A program made the position numbers and the translations under genes. From the IMG/VR virus record IMGVR_UViG_3300035683_000206, positions 1-59,158 of that record: a stretch of DNA of 59,158 nucleotides; one strand, written 5' to 3'. The notes under the pieces were generated by a model. That model was not told the DNA's origin. It searched no databases and saw only the letters and a list, made by a program, of their open reading frames with translations. The DNA is from a virus (Duplodnaviria > Caudoviricetes). The stretch's first letter is position 1, and each line of letters begins with the position of its first letter. Below, piece by piece: positions 46,278 through 56,300 of the stretch.

Positions 46278-46737
46278 CCGGCTGCCCCTCCTCGGCATGG
46301 AGCCGCAGTAACTCGGAGATGTAGGCTTTTACGTCCGACTCGGACTCTGCGTCCAATGTCTCTTCATCGGCCAAAGTGCGCAACGCGGCCGCTAGATCCG
46401 CGTATGTGACCCTGCCTCCGAAGGCCTTGATCGCACCTCTGCGGGCAAGCACTTGGAACGCGCGGATTAGCTGCTGGCCACGGTTGTCCGGGTAGTTCGC
46501 CCACACGCCCCACTCTGACCCCTCGCCGGCCTCCCGCAACAGCCCTCTCCTGCGCGCCCAGTCCTCGATCCGCTTCAACGCCCAATCTTCAGGAACTGAC
46601 CCGCTCGCGAAGTTCCCAACGAGCGTATGACTCACCTCGCCAATCTCCTCAGCGAGCCTGCGCCGCGAAGCCTTGGGTTCGGAGAGGGCCTGTTGCACAA
46701 GAGGGCGAAGCAGGGCGGCGCGCTGTTGGCGAGTCAC
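46222..46737 (-). CDS. CI-like repressor (XRE HTH)
   Basis: SRRRLAEEIGEVSHTLVGNFASGSVP...LKRIEDW; divergent from the early operon. Confidence 0.75.
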   Translation of the reverse strand: MTRQQRAALLRPLVQQALSEPKASRRRLAEEIGEVSHTLVGNFASGSVPEDWALKRIEDWARRRGLLREAGEGSEWGVWANYPDNRGQQLIRAFQVLARRGAIKAFGGRVTYADLAAALRTLADEETLDAESESDVKAYISELLRLHAEEGQPDASAARDRDSQPSSSSSR

Positions 46738-46744
46738 GTGTGGC

Positions 46745-46815
46745 TTGACAGTCGTTCCAAGGGCCGTTACAATCGTTCCAGGGCGCAATGCGCATCGTGC
46801 GCATCGTGCGCATCG
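46745..46815 (+). promoter_or_regulatory. Early lytic promoter and operator repeats
   Basis: TTGACA-N17-TACAAT (46745-46773); TCGTTCCA(A)GGGC x2; TGCGCATCG x3 (46789-46815). Confidence 0.8.
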
Positions 46816-46840
46816 GGGCCGAATGGTACAGGAGGGAGGC

Positions 46841-47107
46841 GTGGACCGCAAGACTTCTGTTTCACAGCCGGCGGCGGGTAATGATCTCCCGGACGCCGAG
46901 TGGATCGACGCGAAGGAGGCCGCGCGGCTCCTGGAGTGGGAGAACGAGAACTCCGTTCGCAACGCCAAGGATCGGGGTGCGTTCGGCCCCCGCGGCAAGG
47001 GGTGGATCAAGCTCAAGAGTCGGCAGATCCGCTACAGCCGGGGTGCCGTGGAGGCGTACAGCCGCCGCATCGTCGGTGAGGCGGCCCCCGCCAGAGCCAC
47101 CTCGTGA
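46841..47107 (+). CDS. Cro-position HTH protein (AlpA/MerR/Xis-like)
   Basis: GGAGG RBS; WIDAKEAARLL...SVRN...RQIRYSRGAVEAY. Confidence 0.75.
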   Translation: MDRKTSVSQPAAGNDLPDAEWIDAKEAARLLEWENENSVRNAKDRGAFGPRGKGWIKLKSRQIRYSRGAVEAYSRRIVGEAAPARATS

Positions 47108-47298
47108 GCACCGCCCCTATCGCCCTCCGCCGCACCCCTGAGGAGCACCGCCGCGCGCTCGCGCTGCTGCCCTGCGGCGCGTGCGGCGCCGCCGGCCCGC
47201 ACCACCTCTTCGAGGAGACCGGCCAGGGAGTTACGGCCGCCTGCGTCCGCTGCGGCGAGGACGTCGGCGCGGCCGCGGGCGCCGTGGAAGCCGCGTAG
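47104..47298 (+). CDS. Small Zn-ribbon protein
   Basis: CGACG...CVRCG; GTGA coupling. Confidence 0.6.
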   Translation: MSTAPIALRRTPEEHRRALALLPCGACGAAGPHHLFEETGQGVTAACVRCGEDVGAAAGAVEAA

Positions 47299-47304
47299 GG
47301 CCTG

Positions 47305-47346
47305 AAAAAGAAAAGCCCCGCCAGCGCTGCCGAGGCGCTGGCGGGG
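47305..47346 (-). terminator. Intrinsic terminator (minus strand)
   Basis: AAAAAGAAAAG-CCCCGCCAGCGC-7nt-GCGCTGGCGGGG. Confidence 0.65.
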
Positions 47347-47405
47347 TCCGACTGGAGGTGTTCGAGCGCCTCCAATCTACACACCGTCCACGATTGGAGG
47401 CAAGG

Positions 47406-47777
47406 TTGAGCGCGACGACTAGCCCCACCCGCCCCACCCCGCCGCCCGCCGCCGCCACCGAGGCGGCGGCCGTCCGGTACCTGAAATCTCTCGACACGGC
47501 CCGCCTCCGCACCGGCCGCCGCCATCTCGCCGACCGGATCCAGGTCGCGAAGCTGGACGGCGCCCCGCCCGCGGAGCTGCGCGCCGACCTGGCTGCACTC
47601 GCGCTGATCGACCGCGAGCTCGCCGCGCGTGCCCCGGGCGAGCGCGTCGGCCCCCACGCGGAGCGCGTCGTCCAGGTGGATCTTTCCGGCGAGCAGCTTC
47701 TCGCCGACGCCATGGAGGGCGGCCCGAACGGCCGCCACTCCCACGGCGCACACCCCTACGCAGGGAGCGAGCTGTGA
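47406..47777 (+). CDS. Hypothetical protein
   Basis: GGAGG RBS with TTG start; coupled to the next gene. Confidence 0.6.
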   Translation: MSATTSPTRPTPPPAAATEAAAVRYLKSLDTARLRTGRRHLADRIQVAKLDGAPPAELRADLAALALIDRELAARAPGERVGPHAERVVQVDLSGEQLLADAMEGGPNGRHSHGAHPYAGSEL

Positions 47778-48505
47778 CCACCGTCCTGCCCAGAGACCCG
47801 TCCGCGCTCTACCTGGACCGCGGCGGACACGAGAGCCCAGAGGCCGGGATGTGCCTCCTCGAGGCCGTCTCCTACGTCGCCGGCGAGCCGTTCGGCGACC
47901 ACCCGGAGTGCGTCTCTCCGGTGATCGCCGCCTTCGGGCGGAGATGGAACGATGCGCTGAGCGACGAGGACCGCAACCGCCTCCTCCGTCCGTTGATCCC
48001 GCTCCTGGTCGGGACCCGCACCACGCCGGAGGACGAGGAGATGCGAGCCTGGATGGCCGTCGACTGGCTCGCGCGCGTCCACACCCCGGCCTTCCTGCGT
48101 CTGGCTGGGCTGGAGGAACACGCCCGAGCACTCGAGTCCCTTGCGCGGATAGCGGACGCTACGACCGCGGGCGCGGCGCAGCCGCGCCTCAATGCGGCGG
48201 GGGCTGCGGCGTGGGCTGCGGCGTGGGCTGCGGCGGGGGCTGCGGCGAGGGATGCGGCGTGGGATGCGGCGGGGGCTGCGGCGAGGGATGCGGCGTGGGA
48301 TGCGGCGGGGGCTGCGGCGTGGGCTGCGGCGGGGGATGCGGCGGGGGCTGCGGCGAGGGATGCGGCGTGGGATGCGGCGGGGGCTGCGGCGGGGGCTGCG
48401 GCGTGGGCTGCCCTGCAGCCGACCGTTCTCTCGCTCCAGGTGAGCGCGACGGCGCTGATGACCGCCATGTGCGACGTCGGGCGCACGGAGGGATCCCTCG
48501 GATGA
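47774..48505 (+). CDS. Conserved phage protein with AAWAAA/AARDAA repeats
   Basis: GMCLLEAVSYVAGEPFGDHPECVSPVI...WND N-terminal family signature. Confidence 0.8.
   Translation: MTTVLPRDPSALYLDRGGHESPEAGMCLLEAVSYVAGEPFGDHPECVSPVIAAFGRRWNDALSDEDRNRLLRPLIPLLVGTRTTPEDEEMRAWMAVDWLARVHTPAFLRLAGLEEHARALESLARIADATTAGAAQPRLNAAGAAAWAAAWAAAGAAARDAAWDAAGAAARDAAWDAAGAAAWAAAGDAAGAAARDAAWDAAGAAAGAAAWAALQPTVLSLQVSATALMTAMCDVGRTEGSLG
48192..48410 (+). repeat. 12-bp coding tandem repeat (about 18 units)
   Basis: TGCGGCG[TGA]GGG[CA] units encoding AA[WGR][AD]. Confidence 0.9.
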
Positions 48506-48867
48506 CCTACCTGCTGATCGCGGAGGGGTGCGCCGTCCCCGTCCGCCGCACCGGCCGTATCACTCAGGAAGAGATGGCGGGCGTGGTGGGCGGGCCCATC
48601 GAGACGCTGCCGATCCCGGGGGAGACCGGCCCGCGGCGACTCGCCCTCGTGGTGTCCGAGCTGGGCCCGGTCGGCGGCGCCCCACTCAACTTCTGGCTGC
48701 GCACCTTCACGACGCCGGTGTTCGGCTCCGCCCTGGTGGTGGTGCTGGAGGAGCGCGGCCGGGAGGTGGACTTCGTCCCGCTCGGCCCCGCGGACCTGGA
48801 CCGCGTCGCGCTGGCGCCGGCCGGGGATCTCGGCCTCCGGCTCGCCGTCTCCCGGGGAGGTGCATGA
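48502..48867 (+). CDS. DUF3846-like phage protein
   Basis: EMAGVVGGPIE, V.ELG....PLN, VFGSALVV. Confidence 0.65.
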   Translation: MTYLLIAEGCAVPVRRTGRITQEEMAGVVGGPIETLPIPGETGPRRLALVVSELGPVGGAPLNFWLRTFTTPVFGSALVVVLEERGREVDFVPLGPADLDRVALAPAGDLGLRLAVSRGGA

Positions 48868-49274
48868 TGGCGGGCACTGCTGCACGCCCCGCTGCCGCGG
48901 GATCGCCGCCCGCGCTCCCTGTCGCGCACCGGTCGCCGTGGGTATGGCGGCCCGGGGTGCCCGGCCTCGCGCTCGTGGAGCAGCACGGCGGCCGCGTCAT
49001 CCTCCAGGCGGGGATCCGCGGCATCCTCTGGACGTCGGCCGGCGCCCGGGAGGTGCAGCTCACGGCCGAGCACCCGGTGGCGCGCACGCTCGCCGGCTCC
49101 GCGGCCGTCGAGGCGGCCGTGGCGGAGCTGCTCGCGGTCGCCGGGGACCCGGACGATCCCACCGGGATGGTGGCGGCGCTGGCGTGCCGCTGGGACGACA
49201 TGCGCACCGAATACCTCGCGATGCAGCTGCGGCGCCTGCGCCGGCTGGTCCCGCCGTCCGAAGAGGTGCGCTGA
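48864..49274 (+). CDS. Hypothetical protein
   Basis: GGAGG RBS; ATGA coupling. Confidence 0.6.
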   Translation: MMAGTAARPAAAGSPPALPVAHRSPWVWRPGVPGLALVEQHGGRVILQAGIRGILWTSAGAREVQLTAEHPVARTLAGSAAVEAAVAELLAVAGDPDDPTGMVAALACRWDDMRTEYLAMQLRRLRRLVPPSEEVR

Positions 49275-50383
49275 TGGCCGCGAGCGTGCGCTTCCTCACC
49301 CGGTTCGGCGCGGAGGTGCTGGTCCCGGTCGACGCGCCCAGCGCGGCCGACCTGGACCGCGCCGTCCTGGAGCTGCAGCGCGAGCTGGGGCGCCTGCGGT
49401 GGCGGGCGTGCTCCCCTCCGCCGGGGGGGCACCTCTTCCCCCTCACCAATGAACCCGATTTCGACTGGGCGCTCCTCGGCGCCGAGCGCGGCAAGGGCGC
49501 CGGAGACCGTGCGGACGAGGAGGGCGTGTGGGCGCACGACGGCTTCTACACCCGCCGCGAGCTGGAGGCGAACTCCCGCAAGAACCTGAAGCCCGCCATC
49601 AAGTACAGCCGCGGCGCCCGGCCGACCGATCCCCCGGAGGTCGTCGAAGGGGATGGCGACTACCGCTACGTCACGCTCTGCATTTTCCGCGGCGGCGGCC
49701 GTCGGGAGGAGCTCGCGGTCCCCAAGGGCGGCACGGGCCAGGGGCGCGGAAGCGAGGCGGAGAGGGCGGTCGCGCGCGCGGAGCCGGCCGGTGCGGATCC
49801 GGGGGGGGAGCGGAGCACCGCGGAGCTCACGCCCGAGGACTACATCACCACGGTGGTGGACGCCGCGCTGCGCCTGCGCGACAAGATCCCTGCCTACGTG
49901 GGCGTGGAGGGGGTGGGCGACGTCAAGGACATCCGCGCGTGGGTGGTCGAGAACCACAGCCTCCTGCGCGACCCGAAGGTCTACCGCGTGGTCTCGCGCG
50001 TCGTGGCCGACCTGGTCCGGAACGCCCGGAACCGCAGGAAGGCGGATCAGGTCGCCGGCGAGGCAGCGTCCCCCAGAGAGCAGCCGGCGGCGCAGCGCGG
50101 CTCCCCGGAGGAGGAGCAGCGCGCCGCCCGCATCACGTACGTCGAGACCGTAGGCCCCAGGGCCGGCGACGCGGCGCAAATCATCGTGGGGAACCGCAGC
50201 CGCAGCCTCAAGCGGTACGTCCGCGAGGAATGGTCGGCCATCAAGGCGGATCCGGCCAAGCTGCTGAACGTCGTGGAGGCGATCGAGCGCACGACGCGGA
50301 TCCCCTTCGCCGCCCTCACCGGGGACGCCGGTGGGGAGCCGGGGCCCCAGCAGACGCGTACAGCATCAGGAGGACGCCGATGA
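49274..50383 (+). CDS. ddrB: DdrB-like single-stranded DNA binding/annealing protein with C-terminal extension
   Basis: FLTRFGAEV, QRELGRL.W, FPLTNEPDFDWALLGA, Y.RRELEA, AIKYSRGA...DP, YVTLCIFRGG match my recollection of Deinococcus DdrB. Confidence 0.82.
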   Translation: MAASVRFLTRFGAEVLVPVDAPSAADLDRAVLELQRELGRLRWRACSPPPGGHLFPLTNEPDFDWALLGAERGKGAGDRADEEGVWAHDGFYTRRELEANSRKNLKPAIKYSRGARPTDPPEVVEGDGDYRYVTLCIFRGGGRREELAVPKGGTGQGRGSEAERAVARAEPAGADPGGERSTAELTPEDYITTVVDAALRLRDKIPAYVGVEGVGDVKDIRAWVVENHSLLRDPKVYRVVSRVVADLVRNARNRRKADQVAGEAASPREQPAAQRGSPEEEQRAARITYVETVGPRAGDAAQIIVGNRSRSLKRYVREEWSAIKADPAKLLNVVEAIERTTRIPFAALTGDAGGEPGPQQTRTASGGRR

Positions 50384-53300
50384 TGGTGCAGATCAGCACC
50401 GCCACCCTCGCGCTCCTCCTGGAGCGCCTGCCGATCGTCGACATCGTGCGGCGCCGAGAGGCGGAGCTCGCCGAGTCCGTCCCCGTGATCGAGCGCCTGC
50501 GGGTGCCCGCCGCCGTGGAGGCGGTCGCCGAGGAGCTCCGCACGGTGCGGCAGGACCTGGACGCCCTCGCCACCGTGGCCGCAGGCGACGGACCCTCCGG
50601 CCCCGGGCCTGGCGCCCGGGACCCCCGCCAGATCGACTGGGTCGATCTGGCGGGGGTCCCGGCGCCGCCCCGGGCGGAGGTCGACGCCGCGTACGCGGAG
50701 CGCGAGGGAGGGGCGGCGGCCGAGCTCGGCCCGTACGTCCCGGAACGGCCCGCGCCCGGGATGTGGGTCCGTGGCGCGTACGCGGAGCCTGATGCCTGGT
50801 ACCAGGTCGACCAAGTTCGGGAGGAGGAGGGGTACGGGCTGCGTCTGAAGGTGAGCAGCGAGTGGGACCGGCGGCAGGGCTTCGACGCGAACCGCTGGTT
50901 TGTGGGGGTCCGCCTCGACGGAGGAGCCTGGATTTCGAACCTCGGTGAGCGCCTGGCGTTCCTCCCGGCGCCCGACGCCGAGGGGCAGCCCGACCCCGCG
51001 GCCATCGGCCGCGAGATCCAGGCACAGCTGCGGGAGCTGCCGCCGGAGCGCTGGCGGGAGGTGGTGGAGACGGCCGACGCAGCACTGAAGGCCGCGGAGG
51101 AGGATTGCCGCGCCGCACGTGCGCAGGCCGCCGGGCTGTGTGAGGGATGCGGCGGGATCCCCGCCGCGCCGGCCGGGGCGAGCAGCGCATGCACGTGCGG
51201 CACTGCGTTCCGCACGTTCGAGGAAAGGTTCGCTGACGGAGAGTCGCTCCAGGAGGCGACCACCAGCTTCCTCGCCGACGTGGAACATGAGCTTCGCGAG
51301 CTGGGGCGAGACGACCTGGTCGATCAACCCGCCCCGCCCATCCCACCCACCCCGGAGCTCGCCGCCCGCGACCGGGAACTGCTCCAGATCCTCCAGGACG
51401 CGGCCGCGCAGAGCCCGGAGTTCCTGGCGGCCAAAGAAGAGGCGAGCCCCCACGTGCTCCGCCTGGCGCTTGCGGCCGTGCGCGGCCGGAAGCGCAGCGA
51501 GCGCCGGGTGGGGAAGATCGAGGCCAGGCTCCGCGCCCTGGGCGAGCTGATGGAGGCGCCGGCCACCGCGGAGGCCGAGGAGGAGGCCCAGCCCGCCGCC
51601 CCGCTGCCGGTGGAGCCGGAGGAGGGGCCGGCGATGATCGACGACCGGCACGCGCCCGCGCCGTACTGGGTGGCAGAGCGGAGGCCTCGGATCGTACCCC
51701 CCTACATGCCCGCCCGAGGCCGACTCCGGCAGCTCTGTTGGCTCGACGGCCGCCGAAGCCCGTTCGTGAACCAGTTGCCGGGGCGGTTCAACCATCTGCG
51801 GGCGATGCAGCGTCCCGCCCCCTACTGGGTGGCGATCCGCCTCGATGGGGACCGCGGCCAGGTGGAGAGCACGGACGGCCAGGTGCGCGTGCCCATGCCG
51901 CGCTTCGACCTGGCTGAGGAGTACGCGGCCGCGTGGAACGCCGAAAGCCTCCGGATGCCCCCGCGCCTGCCCGCGGCCGTGTCCCCGCTGGGCGCGATCC
52001 GGCCGCGGGCACGGGGCCAGCGGGCCACCAAGGTGCCCGCGGACCGGCTGGTCACCTACCCGGCGCTGCTGGAGCTGCGGCTCCTGCACCTGGAGGAGGC
52101 GTGGGTCGACCTGGCGGACACCCCACACTCCAGCCCGCGCCGCGGCGCGGCGCGGGCGCGCGTGGAGCGCCTGCACCGCTCTCTCGCCGTGTTCTGCGCG
52201 GATCACAGCATCCGGACGAACCGGGTGTTCCCCGAGCTCACCCGCGCGCTGGGCCTGCCCTCGCTCGGCAAGCTGATCGAGCAGCACCTCGCGCGGCCGC
52301 TGCCGGAGCCGCCGCGGCACGAGGACCTGGTGGGCTCGGCCCAGACCGCACCCACCGGGGAGCCGGAGGAGGAGGTCCCGCAGGCCTGGCGGCAGATCGT
52401 CGAGGACCGCAACCCCGGCAACCTGCCGCACCACCTGGAGCGGGTCACGCTGGCCGGTGCGCGGACCGCGCTGCGCGAGCTGCTCGCGCAGCCCAAGGGG
52501 ATGCGGGCGCGGATCCAGGCAGTGGCCAAGCGGGTGATCGAGCTGGAGCAGGCGGGCGAGGTGCGCCCCACCTTCTGGGTCTCGGGCCAGCGGGCACCCG
52601 TCAGTATAAGCGGCTGGACAGCGAAGGGAGGGGCGAGCGGCACGGCCGAGGACGGACTCGCGCGCCCCGTGGCCGACGTCGTGTGTGCCGGGTGGAACGC
52701 GGGGATGGACGTGGTCGAGTGGAACGGCCTCACCTTCCGCCGCCCGACGTGGGCCCGCGCTCCGGAAGTGGACGACTCGGCGTCCCCAGCTGCCGAGTCG
52801 TCCACCCCGGCGCCGGAGCCCGCGCCGGAGCTGGAGCACTCGGTGGACCCGGCTGCCGAGGTCGTCCTCCAGGACGATGAAGAGGAGGACGCCGGCGCTG
52901 ATCCCTTCGGCAAGGAGCCCAAGCCGGGGCATCCGCCGATCGCCGCCACCGTGGAGTGGACCGACAAGTACCGGGGCACCCGCACGGGATGGGTGTGGGA
53001 GTACATGGTCGCGGCCGACCGGCGGCGGTACGCCCGGGTCACCTGCCTCGTGGGCGACATCGCCTGCACCGTCGGGGTGCGCCCCGCCGAGCTGCGGGTC
53101 GTCGCGGATCCGCCAGCGCCGCTCTCGTCGGTGGTGGGGAAGAAAGAGATCGACGCGGCCTTCCGCGCGTGGTGGACGGGCGGGCGAAGCGACGCCGAGA
53201 GCTACCGGCCCTGGTGGCGCGAGGGCGTCCGCTGCGCCGAGCTGGGACTCCCCCGACCCGACCGCGCCGGCAAGGGCCGCGTGGAGGGCTGGGACTGGCG

Positions 53301-56300
53301 CATCGCGAAGCACAAGGAGATAGAAGCATCCGCAGCCGCCGGCGCCTCCGCCCAGCTCACCTACACCGTCAACGCCTGGCTCCAGGGCCACGTGGACGGG
53401 ATCGGCCGCAAGACCGCCCAGGGACTGCATGGCCAGTTCGCGAGCGTCGAGGACCTGGTGGCGGCTGACCCGGCGCGGCTGACCCAGGCGCTGCTGGAGT
53501 CGGGGCTCTACTCAATGGAGGGCTCCGCGCGGAAGAAGGCGGTGATCTACCACGCGGCAATCCAGGATGCTGCCGAGCGGCAGGGGTTGGTAGCTCGCCC
53601 CAGGCCGGCAGGGGGCGGCCGACGCTCCACCCCGGGCCACGTAGAAGTGTCGGCCTGGCTCGTGGAGCGCGTCCCGGCGCTGATCAGCAGGGACCAGGCG
53701 GCGGCGCTCGCCGGCCGCTGGCCCCACATCGCGCACCTGCTCGAAGCGTCTGCGGAGGAGATCGCGGTCGCCGTGGTGGAGGCGTTCTGCGCGCCGGGAT
53801 CGGATGCCCGCGCCTGGTCCGAAGATGTGCACGCCGCGATCCAGAAGGCGGCCCGGGACGCGTACCAGGCGTTCGTGGGTCATGTGATGGCGGGGGCTTC
53901 TGCCCGAGATCCCGGCGAGGCGCCCGCGGCCGACGCGCCGGCGGAACCTGGGCCGGCGTGGTACGTGGAGGAGGTGGACGGCAGGGTGGAGGTGGTGCTC
54001 GCCGGGACCGGTGTCCGCTGGCTGGTGCCGGAGGGCTTCGGCGCAATGGAGCGCGCGCGTAGCCACGCCGAGGAATGGACGGCCATCGAGGCCACCGAGC
54101 CCCTCCCACCGTGCGCGTCCTGCGGGGCGTGTCGTCCGCTCGTGCAGGAGCTTTGCGACGAGTGCCACCCCGACCCTTTCGCCCACCAGGTGCGGGAGGG
54201 GGAGTCGCGCTGCGTTATCTGCGGCTGCACCGACAGCCAGGCTTGCCCGGAGGGTTGCTACTGGGTGTCGGTGGACCGCGACGCGCAGGAGGGCGTGTGC
54301 AGCACGCCCGCGTGCGTGGCGGCCGGCGTGGAGCGAGGGCTGGTGCACCCGGAGCACGCGGCTGCTGAAGAGGGAGGTGAGACCCCCGGCAGGGAGGGAT
54401 GGGAGGACACCCCGGGCGTGGCGTGGCGGCCGGCGGCAGACCAGGACCCGGTGGAGCGGGCCATCCTCCGCTGGGGCTGGTACGTCACCCAGGTCTACCA
54501 CTCGAGCCCCGTCGACGGGGGCTGGGAGCGACGGCTCCGCCCGGGCGTACGCGAGCTGATCGCGTCGATCGACAGCTTCGAATCCTACCAGGCCGTCCAC
54601 AAGGCGCATGGCTGGGGCGGGTCTACGCCCGACGGGTTCGCGCGCCTGGTGGAGGAGCTGGCGGCTGCCGGCGAGGCGGTAGGCGCGGCCACTACGCATG
54701 CCTCGGAGCCCGAGCCGAGCAGCGGCGGCCGCGCGGCGCCCGCGCCAGAACCTTCGCCGACCGCTCCGGCACGCTTCTACGCGCCCCCCGGCAGTCGCTG
54801 GGGGGATCCCGACCGGACGCGGCTGGAGCGCAACACCGTAACTGCGGAGGACCGACCCACCCTCCTCCTGGAGCTGGAGCGGCACCTCGCGGGGAAGCGC
54901 CAGTCCACGAAGTACGTCGCCGACTTCCGTCGGGGCGCGGACACGGTGACACGCTACGGCCCGCCGCCGGAGTTGGAGGGGGAGCCCGAGGCATTCCTCG
55001 ACGGCGTCGCCTGGGCGCGGGCCCGCGCCTTCGTCTACTACCGGTCGTACGCCTCCATGCACCGGCCGCCCACCCCGGAGGAGACCTCGGTCCTCGATGG
55101 CCACGGAATCATGACCGGATACTACAAGATCCGGGACCGGATCGTCGCGCCGGTGGAAGTCGCGCAGGCGAGGGCGGACTGCCTCCTGATGCAGGTGCTC
55201 TGGGAGCACTCCGACGACTTCTACGCCCGCATGTATGAGACGCGGGCGCGGCTCAAGCTTGTGCCGGACGCGTTGCTCGGGCAGTGGATCGCCGACGCCA
55301 TGGGGGAGCCGGGAGAGCACGGGTTGGTGCTGCCGTTCGGCCGGATCACCTACCAGGGGTGGAAGCCTGGACAGGCCCGGACCGACACCCCGGAGCCATG
55401 GGCGGAGGTCATTCGGGGGGAGAGGATCAAGGGCCCGCAGCTGCTCAGCTGGGTGCGCAGGATCACCGGGATCCATGCGCCAACGGCGGAGACCAACCCG
55501 GCGGACATCTACTCCCCCCCGGTGATCGCGGCTGAGACCCTGCCGGTGGCGACGCCCGCGCGGGAGGCCGACCAGCTGCAGGCACACGAGCAGCTCGGCG
55601 CCTCGGGCCGCGACACCCCCAGCGCTGACGACCTCACCATCGCGGCGCTGGGTGGAGAGGTGCCTCCCGATTCAGCCGCGCGCGAGCGCGACGTGACGGA
55701 GCAAGGCCCGCACCGGTTCTTCATCCGGGAGGCCGCGGACGACCCGGAGGAGCGCGAGCTGGTGGACCGCACCGACGGGCGCGTTCTCACCACGGCACGA
55801 TGGATGGAGGCGTGGGGGGCGGCGCTCCGGATCAACGGCCTTGCACCGGATCCGGAGGGGCTGCTCGAAAAACACGGCATCGCGCCCGTTGCTGCGGCTC
55901 ACGCGCCGGCATCCCTCACGGCCGAGGTGCCCGTCGAGCAGCTCGGCGAGGAGGAGGACGCCCGTGCCGAGCCGGCGGAGCGGCACGCGCTGGTGGCCTC
56001 CGCGAAAGACGAGGCCGCCGAGGTCTACATCAACCTCAAGTTCCGCGAACTGTTCGTCCGCGGCGCGCGCGCGTGGGCGGATGGCAAGTCCTACCCGGCC
56101 GACGGGTACCCGCAGCTCCAGGCAGGCTTCCGATGGGGGGCCAGGTGGTGCGCCGCGGATCGAGCCACCCGTGCGGCCATCGAAGAAGACCTGCGCGCCA
56201 GCGCGGCCCCGGCGCCTCCCCCAGCGCCGGCGCCCGCCGAGCCCGAGGGCGACATCCTCACCATCGAGTACGCCGCCCAAGTGATGGGCGAGATGGAGAC

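Noticed and set aside
46738-47016. N-terminal extension of the repressor ORF
   Set aside because: Runs through the consensus promoter/operators and the divergent HTH gene
48192-48410. Possible CRISPR array
   Set aside because: Contiguous 12-bp coding repeats with no spacers and no cas genes
7976-55587. Long antisense or alternate-frame ORFs (e.g. 11748-14312, 15900-18638, 34258-37293, 50047-53430)
   Set aside because: Shadow ORFs from high GC; Arg/Pro/Gly-rich, no motifs, and they overlap well-supported genes
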